Below the pieces are notes generated by a model. That model saw only the letters and a list, made by a program, of their open reading frames with translations, was not told the DNA's origin and made no database searches. This document shows, piece after piece, positions 50,035-60,780 of a stretch of DNA of 64,000 nucleotides (within the stretch, counting starts at the first letter, position 1; every line of letters starts with the position of its first letter). Source of the DNA: an uncultured Archaeoglobaceae archaeon (GTDB lineage: Archaea > Halobacteriota > Archaeoglobi > Archaeoglobales > Archaeoglobaceae); contig CBEUCM010000004.1 in the NCBI GenBank assembly GCA_965541645.1, forward strand, positions 767 to 64,766, in the 5' to 3' direction. The translations under genes and the position numbers were made by a program.

Positions 50035-51933
50035 GTGGTAAGTGGAGAAGTGAGAGGGGCAGAGGAAGCAGAATATTCTGCGAAGGATATAGAGGTTCTT
50101 GATGATCTTGAAGCGGTAAGAAAACGGCCCGGGATGTATATCGGCGGTGTGGGAGTTAGAGGACTCCATCACCTTCTGTGGGAAGTGGTTGATAACAGCA
50201 TTGATGAGGCCCTCGCAGGGTACTGTGACACGATAAAAGTGAGTCTTCACGAAGACGGATCGGCAAGTGTTGAGGACAACGGAAGGGGGATACCGACCGA
50301 AATGCACGAGCTGGGTAAATCTGCCCTCGAAATTGTTATGACCAAGCTTCACGCTGGTGGGAAGTTCTCAAGAAAGGTTTACAAGGTTTCTGGGGGATTG
50401 CACGGTGTTGGTGTGTCCGTTGTTAACGCCCTGTCTGAGTGGCTGGAGGTTACCGTGAAGAGGAATGGTAGGGTTTACTTTCAGAGGTACGAAAGGGGCA
50501 AGCCTGTAACTGATTTGATGGTTATTGGCGAGACCGATACCCATGGAACCATAGTGAGATTTAAGCCCGATGAGGAGATTTTTGAGACGACTGAGTTCAA
50601 GTATGAGATCGTCTCGCAGAGGCTGAGAGAGCTTGCCTACCTCAACAGGGGTCTTAAGATAATCCTTGAAGATGAGCGGATCGGTAAAGTGGACGTCTTT
50701 CACTATGAGGACGGCATAGTGGGGCTGGTAAAATCTCTTAATAAGAACAGGAAGGTTCTGCACGATCCGATCTATATTGAAACCAGAAGGGATGGTGTGA
50801 GTGTTGAGGTTGCCATCCAGTTCACGGATTCTGAAGTTGAGAATCTCATCGCCTTTGCAAACAACATAAACACGTCTGAAGGCGGATCGCATGTAATTGG
50901 GTTCAGAGCCGGACTCACAAGGGCTGTTAATGAGTATGGTAGGAAGAACATAAAGAAGTTCGAGCCAGTCTCAGGTGCGGATGTGAGAGAGGGATTGACT
51001 GCTGTTGTGAGTGTTAAGGTTCCGGAACCGCAGTTTGAGGGGCAGACAAAAACAAAACTTACGAACAGCGATGTCAGAACAGTGGTGGAGTCTGCAGTTT
51101 ACACCGGCGTTCTGAGATGGCTGGAAGAAAATCCTTCTCAGGCGGAGAAGCTTATTGGCAAGTTTTTGCTGGCCAAAAAAGCGAGGGAAGCTGCAAGAAA
51201 GGCGAGGGAGCTTGTTAAAAGGAGGAATGAGCTTGCCTCAACTCTGCCCGGCAAGCTTGCTGATTGCTCGTCCAAGGATCCGAACGAGCGAGAACTTTTC
51301 ATCGTTGAGGGAGAATCTGCAGGCGGTTCAGCCAAGCAGGCGAGAGACAGGAGATTTCAGGCTATACTCCCGATCAGGGGGAAGATAATAAACGTCGAGA
51401 AGGCCGGGATGTCCAAGGTGCTGAAGAATGAGGAGATAAAGGCCATAATCTCTGCAATCGGTGCGGGGATAGGAAAGGAATTTGACATCACCAAGACGAG
51501 GTATCGGAGGGTTATCATAATGACCGACGCAGATGTCGATGGTGCGCACATAAGGACTCTGCTGCTGACGTTCTTCTACCGGTACATGAGGCCTTTGATC
51601 GAGAGCGGTTACCTCTTCATCGCCCAGCCACCTCTTTATCTTGTACGTAAGGGCAGAAAGACCTACTATGCCTACAGCGATTCGGAGCTTGAGAGGCTGC
51701 TTGAAAGGGTGGGAAATGCGGAGGTGCAGAGGTACAAGGGTCTGGGTGAGATGAACCCTGAGCAGCTGTGGGAAACAACGATGAATCCTGAAAACAGGAT
51801 CCTGATTCAGGTTACCCTTGAGGATGCCAGAAGGGCGGATGAGCTCTTCAGGATTCTGATGGGTGAAGATGTTGAGAGCAGGAGGAACTTCATAATGGCG
51901 CACTCGAAGGAGGTTAAGAACCTTGATGTTTGA
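50035..51933 (+). CDS. gyrB: DNA gyrase subunit B
   Basis: [63 protein letters not shown]. Confidence 0.97.
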   Translation: MVSGEVRGAEEAEYSAKDIEVLDDLEAVRKRPGMYIGGVGVRGLHHLLWEVVDNSIDEALAGYCDTIKVSLHEDGSASVEDNGRGIPTEMHELGKSALEIVMTKLHAGGKFSRKVYKVSGGLHGVGVSVVNALSEWLEVTVKRNGRVYFQRYERGKPVTDLMVIGETDTHGTIVRFKPDEEIFETTEFKYEIVSQRLRELAYLNRGLKIILEDERIGKVDVFHYEDGIVGLVKSLNKNRKVLHDPIYIETRRDGVSVEVAIQFTDSEVENLIAFANNINTSEGGSHVIGFRAGLTRAVNEYGRKNIKKFEPVSGADVREGLTAVVSVKVPEPQFEGQTKTKLTNSDVRTVVESAVYTGVLRWLEENPSQAEKLIGKFLLAKKAREAARKARELVKRRNELASTLPGKLADCSSKDPNERELFIVEGESAGGSAKQARDRRFQAILPIRGKIINVEKAGMSKVLKNEEIKAIISAIGAGIGKEFDITKTRYRRVIIMTDADVDGAHIRTLLLTFFYRYMRPLIESGYLFIAQPPLYLVRKGRKTYYAYSDSELERLLERVGNAEVQRYKGLGEMNPEQLWETTMNPENRILIQVTLEDARRADELFRILMGEDVESRRNFIMAHSKEVKNLDV

Positions 51934-52687
51934 CGCAGAGAAGTATGAAAGGCAGATAGAGGTCTTTGGTTTTGAGGGTCAGGAAAAACTCGTTGAGTCG
52001 AGTGTGTTGGTTGTTGGTGCTGGAGGGCTTGGCAGTCCTGTTATAGCGTATCTTGCAGCGGCTGGAGTTGGGAGGATAGGGATAGTTGATGGTGATGTAG
52101 TTGAGAAATCGAACTTGCAGAGGCAGATAATACACAACAGTGTTGGTGTTAACAAAGCAGAGTCTGCGGCAAGCTTTGTGGAGAAGCTGAATCCAGATGT
52201 TGTTCTGGACATCTACCCCTACTCCATCACTCCCAGAAATGCCTTAAAGCTAATCGAGCCCTACGATGTTGTTGTCGGCTGCCCGGATAGTTTTAGGGTG
52301 AGGTATCTGATAAACGATGCGTCCATGCTGCTCGGCAAGCCCTTCGTTCATGCTGCCGTCTATGCATGGGAGGGCGAGGTATCTGTTTTTTACGGTAAGC
52401 CCTGCTACCGCTGCTATCTGCCATCAGCTCCTGCTTCAGAAGGAAGTGCCATCGTTGGCGCTACTGCCGGTGTTTTTGGATCTATGCAAGCAGTAGAAGT
52501 AATAAAGATCCTTACCGGGAGTGGAGAAGTGCTGAAGGGGAGGATGATCAGGGGAGATTTGAGCAGGATGGAGTTCTTCACCTTCTCAATACCTGAAAAT
52601 TCCGAATGCCCCGTGTGCAGTGGAAAGCTTAAAGGAATATTCGATGAAAATTATATTGGCAGTTGTGAAATAAGGAAATTGGATTAA
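51923..52687 (+). CDS. ThiF/MoeB E1-like adenylyltransferase
   Basis: GAGGLG, D.D.VE.SNLQRQ, CYRC and CPVC zinc motifs. Confidence 0.92.
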   Translation: MMFDAEKYERQIEVFGFEGQEKLVESSVLVVGAGGLGSPVIAYLAAAGVGRIGIVDGDVVEKSNLQRQIIHNSVGVNKAESAASFVEKLNPDVVLDIYPYSITPRNALKLIEPYDVVVGCPDSFRVRYLINDASMLLGKPFVHAAVYAWEGEVSVFYGKPCYRCYLPSAPASEGSAIVGATAGVFGSMQAVEVIKILTGSGEVLKGRMIRGDLSRMEFFTFSIPENSECPVCSGKLKGIFDENYIGSCEIRKLD

Positions 52688-52749
52688 ATTATTTTAACAT
52701 GTATTTTATGGCCGAAACTTATATATTCAAAAGTAATGTAGAAGAAAGT

Positions 52750-53973
52750 ATGACTACAATTAAATTTCTGGGAGGATGCAGGGAGGTAGGAAGATCGGCG
52801 GTAATGGTAGATGGTGTTATCCTCGATTACGGCGTTAAGCCCTCCGACCCTCCCGAGTTTCCGCTTGATGGTGTTTCCCCGAGAGCTGTTATGATCTCTC
52901 ACGGTCATCTCGATCATGTTGGTGTCGCTCCAAACCTCATGTACTACAATCCCGATGTCTTTCTCACTCCCCCCTCCCACGACCTGTCCACGATACTGCT
53001 CAAGGATTCTATGAACATAATGCACCCACCACCCTTCACGAAGAGGGAGCTGAGGCAGTTTGAGAGCAATGTTAGAGAGATCGATTACGAGGACACGATC
53101 GAGGTTGCGGATGTGGAAATCGAGTTTTTCAACGCAGGACACATTCCGGGGAGTGCGAGCATACACATAAGGGGCGATGTGAACATTCTGTATTCGGGGG
53201 ACATAAGGCTGGAGGAAACGAGGTTGCTGGAGGGGGCCGACACACACTACCCCGAGACAGACATCCTCATAGTGGAGAGCACGTACTTTGGGACTGAGCA
53301 CCCAGACAGAAAGGAGCTGGAGAGGAAGTTTGCTGAAAGCGTAATCGACACGCTCGACATGGGGGGGCATGCGATAATACCCGCCTTTGCCGTTGGCAGA
53401 ACGCAGGAGGTGCTGATGATACTTGAGAGGTACGGCATAACTGCTTACGTTGACGGCCTTGGCAGAGAGGTGGCCAAGGTAATCCAGAGGTATCCTGACT
53501 ACATAAAGAGCCCAAAGTCGCTGAAAAGGGCTTTAAGGAATGCTGTTCCTGTGGAGTGGAGGAAGAGGGAGAAGGTGCTGGAAGAGCCATCCGCTGTCGT
53601 GACAACAGCAGGAATGCTGAATGGCGGGCCTGCACTCTTTTACATCTCCAAGCTTTACAACGACGACAAGTCGAAAATTATACTCACAGGCTATCAGGTT
53701 GAGGGGACAAATGGGGATCTGGCGCTGAAGCAGGGAATGCTGAACCTGGGCACGAGAACGGTGAAGCTCAAAATGGGCGTTGAGCAGTACGATTTCTCCG
53801 CACACGCTGATGACAGGCAGCTGAAGGAGTACGTCAGAAGAGTGGTGAAGAGGGGAGCTGACATAATCTTTACGATCCACGGTGAGGAAACTGAAGCATT
53901 TGCGAGCTGGATAAGGGAGAACCTGGGTGTTGACGCTTACGCTCCAAAGAACGGAGACATATTCGTGATATGA
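52750..53973 (+). CDS. Beta-CASP metallo-beta-lactamase ribonuclease
   Basis: GGCREVGRS, SHGHLDH, AGHIPGS, SGD, ESTY, FSAHAD, IHGE. Start placed at ATG 52750. Confidence 0.9.
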   Translation: MTTIKFLGGCREVGRSAVMVDGVILDYGVKPSDPPEFPLDGVSPRAVMISHGHLDHVGVAPNLMYYNPDVFLTPPSHDLSTILLKDSMNIMHPPPFTKRELRQFESNVREIDYEDTIEVADVEIEFFNAGHIPGSASIHIRGDVNILYSGDIRLEETRLLEGADTHYPETDILIVESTYFGTEHPDRKELERKFAESVIDTLDMGGHAIIPAFAVGRTQEVLMILERYGITAYVDGLGREVAKVIQRYPDYIKSPKSLKRALRNAVPVEWRKREKVLEEPSAVVTTAGMLNGGPALFYISKLYNDDKSKIILTGYQVEGTNGDLALKQGMLNLGTRTVKLKMGVEQYDFSAHADDRQLKEYVRRVVKRGADIIFTIHGEETEAFASWIRENLGVDAYAPKNGDIFVI

Positions 53974-54593
53974 AGCTGCTACTGCTTTCTGATATCCACT
54001 CGGACTTTGAAAGGCTTGAGACCATTTTAAGGGAAGTGGAGTTTGATGTCGTGCTTGTGGCTGGTGATTTCACACACTTCAGACCATCTGACGTCTTTAA
54101 AGCTGATGAGATACTTTCGAAGTACGCCTCTCTCTGCTATGCGGTTCACGGCAACTGCGATCACGAGCGGGTTCTGCAGCATAGGTATGATGCCATAACC
54201 TTCATACACTGCAGGAGTGTTTCTTTTGAGGATTACACCCTCCACGGGATAGGCGGATCGGGCTTTACACCCTTCAACACACCCTCCGAGTACTCGGAGG
54301 ATGAGATCAGGAGGATGATTGAGGAACTCAGTCTGGGTGAGAGGAACATCCTGCTGTCCCACTGTCCTCCCAGGGGCATCCTCGACAGAACGTACTCTGG
54401 AATTCATGCTGGATGCGATGCAATCAGGGAGGTGGTGGAGCGCTTTGACATCATCCTGTGTGGTCACATTCACGAAGCACACGGCATTGAGGGGAACCCA
54501 ACCTTGACGGTCAATCCAGGGCCTGCAATGTGGGGCAGATATGCTTTAATCGATCTGGAAACTCTGGAAGTGGAGCTCAAAAAGATCTCCTGA
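53970..54593 (+). CDS. Calcineurin-like metallophosphoesterase
   Basis: SDIH, AGD, GNCD, SH.PP, GHIHE, NPG. Confidence 0.92.
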   Translation: MKLLLLSDIHSDFERLETILREVEFDVVLVAGDFTHFRPSDVFKADEILSKYASLCYAVHGNCDHERVLQHRYDAITFIHCRSVSFEDYTLHGIGGSGFTPFNTPSEYSEDEIRRMIEELSLGERNILLSHCPPRGILDRTYSGIHAGCDAIREVVERFDIILCGHIHEAHGIEGNPTLTVNPGPAMWGRYALIDLETLEVELKKIS

Positions 54594-55560
54594 TATACCT
54601 TATTTTACCGTCCTTCTCATCCTCTATCCTCTCAACCAGCCCCATTTTGCAGAGATGCTCAAGATGGGCCATTGTTTCACCAACTGCAAACCACTTCTGC
54701 ACGACGTTCACTTCCTCCCATCTCTCATACTTGAGATCCCAGGTTATGCTCGGTGCAACCTCCCACGCAGTCTTCGGCTCGTTGAGAGCAGCGAACGCCT
54801 CCTGAAGTCTCTTCCTGTGGTGCTGCCTCAACTCTTCGACCCTCTTCCTCAAATCTGTCCAGTACCTCCTGTGTCCTGGAAGAACGAGTTCAGCCTCGAT
54901 TCTGCCAATCTTGTCCAGACTTCTGAGGTAGCTCTCTAAGGAGTCCTCCATCACAGGCCACCAGGTTATATTGGGTGTGATATCGTTGAGAACATGGTCG
55001 CCTGAGAACAGAATTCTGTCCATTAAGAAGCACATGTGTGATGGCGAGTGGCCGGGAGTTTCAATACATCTGAGCACAGCATCGCCAACCTCTATCTCAT
55101 CTCCATCTCTTATCTCCGTAAAATCCACCTCCTTGAGGGAGGTGTACCTTATACCGGGATGCATCCTGAGCATTTTTTCTGCCTCACCTTCAGGAAATCC
55201 GTTTTTTATATAGTGTCTTATAATCTCCTCCCAGTACTCCATCGGGCTTTCAAACATCCTTCTGACAATTTCCGCCTCAACAGCACTGAAGTAAACTTCT
55301 TTCGGGTTCAGCTCTCCGACAAGGCCTATGTGGTCTGCATGGAGGTGCGTTACAGCCACTGCCAGCCCCTCTCTCTCAACTCTCAGCCTTTCAAATGCGC
55401 TCTTTAATGCAGACAAACACTCTTCCCTGTTCATACCGGTGTCCACAAGCAGATCCTGCCCCTCACCCCTTACCAAGTAGGAGTTCGTGTACTTCAACGG
55501 GTTGTTGGGCAGCGGAACCTCAATTCTGAAAATTCTCTCGGTTATTTTTTCAATCATCAA
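54577..55560 (-). CDS. MBL-fold metallo-hydrolase
   Basis: N.YL, VDTG, THLHADH.G, TPGHS..H, SGDH, PGH. Confidence 0.9.
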   Translation of the reverse strand: MMIEKITERIFRIEVPLPNNPLKYTNSYLVRGEGQDLLVDTGMNREECLSALKSAFERLRVEREGLAVAVTHLHADHIGLVGELNPKEVYFSAVEAEIVRRMFESPMEYWEEIIRHYIKNGFPEGEAEKMLRMHPGIRYTSLKEVDFTEIRDGDEIEVGDAVLRCIETPGHSPSHMCFLMDRILFSGDHVLNDITPNITWWPVMEDSLESYLRSLDKIGRIEAELVLPGHRRYWTDLRKRVEELRQHHRKRLQEAFAALNEPKTAWEVAPSITWDLKYERWEEVNVVQKWFAVGETMAHLEHLCKMGLVERIEDEKDGKIRYIRRSF

Positions 55561-55694
55561 CCGTTTCTATACTGGTAGCGTTATAAGTGTAGTGGCTGCA
55601 GTGGATTTAGAGGAAGAATTTTCAGCCAGCATTGTCTGATTGAACAAAGGATTTATATACTATCTTGCATGGATAATTGAAAAAGTAATGGGGG

Positions 55695-56801
55695 ATGTTC
55701 ATGAAATCCATCGTGGAAGAAGCTCTTGCGAGGGCTGAAAGAGAGAAGAGGGAAAGGATTGAGGGAAGGGGAGTTGAAGATGTAGAGGATGAAATCCTAC
55801 AGACACTGCATGAGCTGAGAACAATCATAAAGGTAATAGGCGTTGGTGGTGGAGGGTGCAACACAATTACAAGAATGTATGAGGAGGGAATTGAAGGAGC
55901 CGAGATGATTGCCGTAAACACCGATGTGCAGCATCTTTACTACACCAAGGCCAACAAGAGGCTTTTAATTGGAAAGAGGAGAACAAGAGGACTTGGAGCT
56001 GGAAGTTTGCCTCAAGTTGGAGAAGAAGCTGCAAGGGAGAGTGAGGAGGAGATAAAAAAGCTGGTTGAAGGCGCGGACATGGTGTTTGTTACGTGCGGCC
56101 TCGGTGGTGGTACAGGCACGGGAGCTGCACCAGTCATAGCTGAGGCTGCCCAGGAGGCAGGGGCGTTAACAATAGCTGTCGTCACCTTTCCCTTCTCCGC
56201 TGAAGGTGCTGTGAGAAGGGCAAATGCAGAAGCTGGGCTTGAAAGGTTGAGAGAGGTGGCGGATACTGTTATAGTAATCCCCAACGACAGACTGCTTGAG
56301 GTTGTGCCCAACTACCCGATGCAGCTTGCCTTCAAGGTGGCGGATGAGATCCTGATGAGGGCTGTGAAGGGCATAACGGAGCTCATAACGAAGCCTGCGC
56401 TGATCAACCTGGACTTTGCCGATGTCAGGACAGTGATGGAGAAGGGCGGTGTGGCAATGATCGGTCTCGGAGAGGCAAGTGGAGAAGACAAGGCTGCAGA
56501 ATCTGTAAGGAAAGCTCTGAAGAGTCCGCTGCTTGATGTGGACGTCTCAGGAGCAAAGGCCGCTCTCGTCAACGTTACAGGCGGGCCAGATATGACGATT
56601 GAAGAGGCGGAGAGTGTAATCGAGGAGATATACAGCAAGGTCGATCCCGATGCCAGGATAATCTGGGGAGCAATGATCGATCCGGAGCTGGAGAACACGA
56701 TGAGGACGCTGATAATCGTAACGGGTGTTAAGAGCCCGCAGATTCTGGGCAGGAAGGGTTACCCCGTAACGAGGAAGTACGGGATTGATTTCGTCCGCTG
56801 A
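55695..56801 (+). CDS. ftsZ: Cell division protein FtsZ
   Basis: GVGGGG.N, GGGTGTG tubulin signature, INLDFAD. Confidence 0.97.
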   Translation: MFMKSIVEEALARAEREKRERIEGRGVEDVEDEILQTLHELRTIIKVIGVGGGGCNTITRMYEEGIEGAEMIAVNTDVQHLYYTKANKRLLIGKRRTRGLGAGSLPQVGEEAARESEEEIKKLVEGADMVFVTCGLGGGTGTGAAPVIAEAAQEAGALTIAVVTFPFSAEGAVRRANAEAGLERLREVADTVIVIPNDRLLEVVPNYPMQLAFKVADEILMRAVKGITELITKPALINLDFADVRTVMEKGGVAMIGLGEASGEDKAAESVRKALKSPLLDVDVSGAKAALVNVTGGPDMTIEEAESVIEEIYSKVDPDARIIWGAMIDPELENTMRTLIIVTGVKSPQILGRKGYPVTRKYGIDFVR

Positions 56802-56840
56802 GCGGTAAAGCTTAATAAACCATCCGGATAAGAAGGTTGC

Positions 56841-57026
56841 ATGCAGGCCAGTGATGTACAGAATAAGCTCAGGGAGTACTACAACGTGCTGAAGATGGCG
56901 AGGAAGCCGGACTGGGATGAGTTTTCGATGACGGCGAAGGTAGCTATAGCTGTGATGTTTGTAGTTGGCTTTGTAGGCTTCCTAATATATGTGCTGATGG
57001 AAATTCTGCCGGGTGCTCTGAGATGA
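56841..57026 (+). CDS. secE: Protein translocase subunit SecE/Sec61-gamma
   Basis: Y..VLKMARKPDW.EF, then a TM helix with G..GF.IY. Confidence 0.93.
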   Translation: MQASDVQNKLREYYNVLKMARKPDWDEFSMTAKVAIAVMFVVGFVGFLIYVLMEILPGALR

Positions 57027-57478
57027 GCAGGTACTTTGCCGTAAAGACGACTGCAAATCAGGAGAGGGTCGTTGCCAACCTCATGGAGATGGCCGTCAGG
57101 AAGAACAGGCTTGCAGTCTACTCAATTCTGGCTCCAAAGGAGCTGAGAGGGTACATCATAGTGGAAGCTGAAACTCCTGATGATGTTTTAAAGGCCATTC
57201 GTGGCCTTCCTCACGTGAGGGGGGTTGTTAAGGGCGAGATAAGCTTTGGTGAAATTGAGCATTTTCTAACGCCAAAGAAGGCTGCGGAGCAGATAAGGGA
57301 GGGAGACACGATAGAGATAGTGTCCGGGCCGTTTAAAGGTGAGCTTGCAATTGTTAAGAGGGTTGATGAGGCAAAGAATGAAATAACGGTCGAGCTTCTT
57401 GAAGCCGTCGTGCCAATTCCTGTTACGGTTAAGGCAGACCATGTTAGAGTGATTGACAAGAAGGAAGAGGAGGTGTGA
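57023..57478 (+). CDS. spt5: Transcription elongation factor Spt5 (NusG)
   Basis: NGN domain ([14 protein letters not shown]) plus KOW motif GPFKG. Confidence 0.95.
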   Translation: MSRYFAVKTTANQERVVANLMEMAVRKNRLAVYSILAPKELRGYIIVEAETPDDVLKAIRGLPHVRGVVKGEISFGEIEHFLTPKKAAEQIREGDTIEIVSGPFKGELAIVKRVDEAKNEITVELLEAVVPIPVTVKADHVRVIDKKEEEV

Positions 57479-57482
57479 GAAA

Positions 57483-57956
57483 ATGGTGCAGGTGGTTGAA
57501 GTTCTGGTTCCAGGAGGTCAGGCTTCTCCGGGTCCACCGCTTGGTCCAGCCATCGGACCACTGGGGCTTAACGTAAAGCAGGTGGTTGACAAGATAAACG
57601 AGGCTACGAAAGACTACGAAGGCTTGAGCGTTCCGGTTAAGATAATAGTCCACGATGACAGATCCTTCGAAATAGAGGTGGGCATTCCACCAGTTTCGGC
57701 TCTGGTTAAAAGGGAACTGGGGATAGAGAAGGGATCCAGCAATCCGGGAAGGGAGTTCGTTGGAGATCTGACTATGGAGCAGCTGATCAAAATTGCGAGG
57801 ATAAAGAAGGAGCAGTCCCTGTCCTACACTCTGAAGGAAGTCGTGAAGGAGGTACTTGGAACCTGCAACTCCATGGGGATAACGGTTGAGGGCAAGTCGC
57901 CAAAGGAGCTTACAAGGGAAATCGACGAAGGGAAGGTTGAGATTCCGGAGGAATAA
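57483..57956 (+). CDS. rpl11: 50S ribosomal protein L11
   Basis: [33 protein letters not shown]. Start placed at ATG 57483. Confidence 0.96.
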   Translation: MVQVVEVLVPGGQASPGPPLGPAIGPLGLNVKQVVDKINEATKDYEGLSVPVKIIVHDDRSFEIEVGIPPVSALVKRELGIEKGSSNPGREFVGDLTMEQLIKIARIKKEQSLSYTLKEVVKEVLGTCNSMGITVEGKSPKELTREIDEGKVEIPEE

Positions 57957-57959
57957 AGT

Positions 57960-58661
57960 TTAACTTATATCTCCACAGGAGCAGAAGAGCTCGTTGATGG
58001 CAGAGAAAAGCTCTTCATATCCTGTTTTTTTAACGTTTGACACCTTCAAAATTCTGTACGGGACTGTTGTGTATTCTATGAAGTCAACGACCTTCTCAAG
58101 CAGCTCTGCTAAGACGCCCTCAGCTTTGTAGATCTCGTCCATCATCATCCTGACATCGATGTCGGCAAGATCGGACTTTGTGAAGACGGTAAGTGATGGT
58201 AGGGAGAGACGGAGGGAGACGATCACGTTCTGCAGCACCGCAGACATGAAGCTCTCAGCATCCTGCAGAAGGCTGAGGTCCATGAGGAAGAGCGATGCTG
58301 CAAAACTCCCTGAAAGCTCTTTGACAAACTCTCTGCCCTCTTTTGAAAAAATAAACAGCTCCATCTGCCCGGGAGTGTCGTAGAGCACAAAATCTCCCAT
58401 CGTTTTAAGCTTTTTTGCGTATCTCAGCCCAATCTCGACGGACTTCAGCAGTGCACCGTTGACTCCCAGTTCAAACTCCCTCATAACATCTTCAACTCTC
58501 ACGTAATCCCTGATATCGGCCTGAGCCTCGTAAGCCGGCTTACTTGCAGGATCGAGGTTTACGCACTTCACATCGTAACCCCTGTCTCTTAAAAACTCTG
58601 AGAACCCTCTGACGAGCGTACTCTTTCCGCTTCCAGCACTTCCAACAACAAATATGTCCAT
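57960..58661 (-). CDS. GPN-loop family GTPase
   Basis: GSAGSGKST, NLDPA, LGVNGAL at the GPN position, DTPGQME, TKSD. Confidence 0.88.
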   Translation of the reverse strand: MDIFVVGSAGSGKSTLVRGFSEFLRDRGYDVKCVNLDPASKPAYEAQADIRDYVRVEDVMREFELGVNGALLKSVEIGLRYAKKLKTMGDFVLYDTPGQMELFIFSKEGREFVKELSGSFAASLFLMDLSLLQDAESFMSAVLQNVIVSLRLSLPSLTVFTKSDLADIDVRMMMDEIYKAEGVLAELLEKVVDFIEYTTVPYRILKVSNVKKTGYEELFSAINELFCSCGDIS

Positions 58662-58664
58662 GCT

Positions 58665-59345
58665 CTACCTCCTGAGCAGTGAGAAGTATGAGCCAACGAG
58701 GAAGGCGAGGGTTGTGAAGAACAGCACTTTAAAGATCTCTGAAACCTGATTTGCAGAGCTTAAGCTCTCATTGATTGCACTCAGCCTGATCTTCAGCCCC
58801 TCATTCTCCTTCACAAGTTCGGCAAGCGATGAATTTGCCATCTCAAGCCTTTGTTCAAGGTCCTTTACGTATCCCGAGCAGTTCTGAGCCATCATCTTTG
58901 CTTTTTCCAGCTCATTTTCAAGCTCCCTGTTTTTCTCAGCGTAGGTTCTTATCTTCTCGTACAGCTCAACGTTCATGCTGTTCAGGGTGTTTGTTAAAAC
59001 CTTGTAGTAGTGCACCTTGTTTTGCAGCTTCGTCAGATTTCTTTTGAGTTCCAGGATTTCTTTATCCATCGCCGCAACGTCGGGGTTTGAATCCTTTTCA
59101 ACTATTATCTTTATTTCCTCCGTACCCTCTGCAGTTTTTACGTGGATAAAACGCTCTCCAGAACATGAGTGTGTAATTTTTATGCTGTAAACACCCTCGC
59201 TCAGGTTTTCTGCGCTTGTCAGAGTGTCCGTGAAGTACATGCAGTCGTCAAGAACAACCTCTGCGGGCTGTGTGAGGGTGAGGTTGACAACATCACCCTG
59301 CACTGCAGTCGTGGCTGACAGCATGGCTATTAGAAGCAGTATCAG
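58665..59345 (-). CDS. Secreted or membrane-anchored coiled-coil protein
   Basis: Long heptad-rich segment and a C-terminal TM helix. Probable signal peptide if started at CTG 59345 (the track starts at ATG 59324). Confidence 0.65.
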   Translation of the reverse strand: MILLLIAMLSATTAVQGDVVNLTLTQPAEVVLDDCMYFTDTLTSAENLSEGVYSIKITHSCSGERFIHVKTAEGTEEIKIIVEKDSNPDVAAMDKEILELKRNLTKLQNKVHYYKVLTNTLNSMNVELYEKIRTYAEKNRELENELEKAKMMAQNCSGYVKDLEQRLEMANSSLAELVKENEGLKIRLSAINESLSSANQVSEIFKVLFFTTLAFLVGSYFSLLRR

Positions 59346-59358
59346 GGTACCACCTCCA

Positions 59359-59769
59359 TCAGGCCACCTCCCTCAACGCATTCTGGATAATCAGCCACAC
59401 CTCCGAGAAATCCTCAAGGGACAGAAATCTGCCATGCAGGTACACAAAAACATCTCCTCTTTTTGTCGCATAGCGATAGTCACTCTCTGAGATGAAGAGC
59501 ACCTCATCACTGCCCGAAGTGCTGAGCGTGGTCATGATTTCGTCCACCTCAAACTCGTCAACACCCAGCATTTGCCTGTCGCTTCCTGATATCACTGCAA
59601 CGTTGGCAAGGTATTTGTCCCTCAGAAACCTGGCAAGATCCTTCAGATTTACCTTAAGGGCTCTTCTTCTCGCAGTCAGACCCCTGCTTTCGAGGAGCCT
59701 GTCTGTTATGAGGAATCCTGCAATGACACCTATCACTGCGAGAATGATCAGCCAGGTAATACCCACCAC
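59359..59769 (-). CDS. Hypothetical protein with N-terminal TM anchor
   Basis: Hydrophobic residues 3-22 followed by a soluble domain. Confidence 0.6.
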   Translation of the reverse strand: MVGITWLIILAVIGVIAGFLITDRLLESRGLTARRRALKVNLKDLARFLRDKYLANVAVISGSDRQMLGVDEFEVDEIMTTLSTSGSDEVLFISESDYRYATKRGDVFVYLHGRFLSLEDFSEVWLIIQNALREVA

Positions 59770-59868
59770 CTGTACTGATGTTAGCAGAAGATTATTTTTA
59801 GTTTTCCTATTTGTCTTAAATTATAAAATTAAGTTCAGGTAGATTTTTAACCTTCGTGCTGACGGAGT

Positions 59869-60780
59869 GTGATGCCTGTCTTTGGTCCTGTCCCATCAAG
59901 GAGGCTTGGAAGGAGCCTTGGGGTGAACAACATTCCCTTCAAGTACTGCAGCTACTCCTGCGTTTACTGTCAGCTTGGTAAGACAAGGAATCTTATCGCA
60001 GAGAGAAGGAGGTTCTTTGACCCACAGGACATTTTCAGGGAGGTAAAGGAGAAGGTAGAAGGGGTGGGGATAGGTCGATCCCCACCACTCCCAAAAATTG
60101 ATTACATCACCTTTGTCCCAGATGGGGAGCCAACCCTCGACATAAATCTTGGTGCTGAAATTGAGCTGCTGAAAAGCTTTGGAAGGGTTGCGGTGATAAC
60201 GAACTCTTCCTTGCTTTTCCGTGAGGATGTCAGGGCAGATCTGGCTAAGGCAGATCTTGTCTCGCTGAAGGTGGATGCTGTTGATGTCAAGCTGTGGAAA
60301 CGCATCAACAGACCTCATCCTTCACTGAAGCTGGATGAGATCCTGAGAGGGGTGGAGAAGTTTGCTGAGGAGTATGAAGGTGTAATCATCACGGAAACGA
60401 TGTTGATAGACTTTGCAACTTTGGAAAGCGTTGAGAGGGTTGCAGAATTTCTCGGAAAGATTAATCCACATGCTGCCTACTTGTCCATACCAATCCGGCC
60501 ACCAGCAGAGAGAGTTAAAGCACCAGACTGGAAGTTTATCGCCAAAGCTGCAAAGATCTTTGGCAGATTTGTTAAGGTTGATCTACTGGTTGAAGCTGAG
60601 AGCGGAGAGTTTGGCATAAACAGCAGGGAAGATGTGCTCGCAGTGGCTTCAGTCCATCCCCTGCGGGAAGATGTTCTTGAAGGATATCTCAAAAAGCTTA
60701 ATCTGGAGATCTCAGACCTTCTCGACGAGTTCGAAGAGATTGAATATAGGGGGATAAAATACTACAGAAAAAAGAATTAG
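59869..60780 (+). CDS. Radical SAM Fe-S oxidoreductase
   Basis: FGPVPSRRLGRSLG, CSYSCVYC, GEPTL, TNSS. Confidence 0.9.
   Translation: MMPVFGPVPSRRLGRSLGVNNIPFKYCSYSCVYCQLGKTRNLIAERRRFFDPQDIFREVKEKVEGVGIGRSPPLPKIDYITFVPDGEPTLDINLGAEIELLKSFGRVAVITNSSLLFREDVRADLAKADLVSLKVDAVDVKLWKRINRPHPSLKLDEILRGVEKFAEEYEGVIITETMLIDFATLESVERVAEFLGKINPHAAYLSIPIRPPAERVKAPDWKFIAKAAKIFGRFVKVDLLVEAESGEFGINSREDVLAVASVHPLREDVLEGYLKKLNLEISDLLDEFEEIEYRGIKYYRKKN

Noticed and set aside
36366-51933. Inteins in mcm or gyrB
   Set aside because: Both are of normal length with uninterrupted motifs.
52684-53370. 228-aa antisense ORF
   Set aside because: Shadow of the beta-CASP nuclease; no recognisable features.
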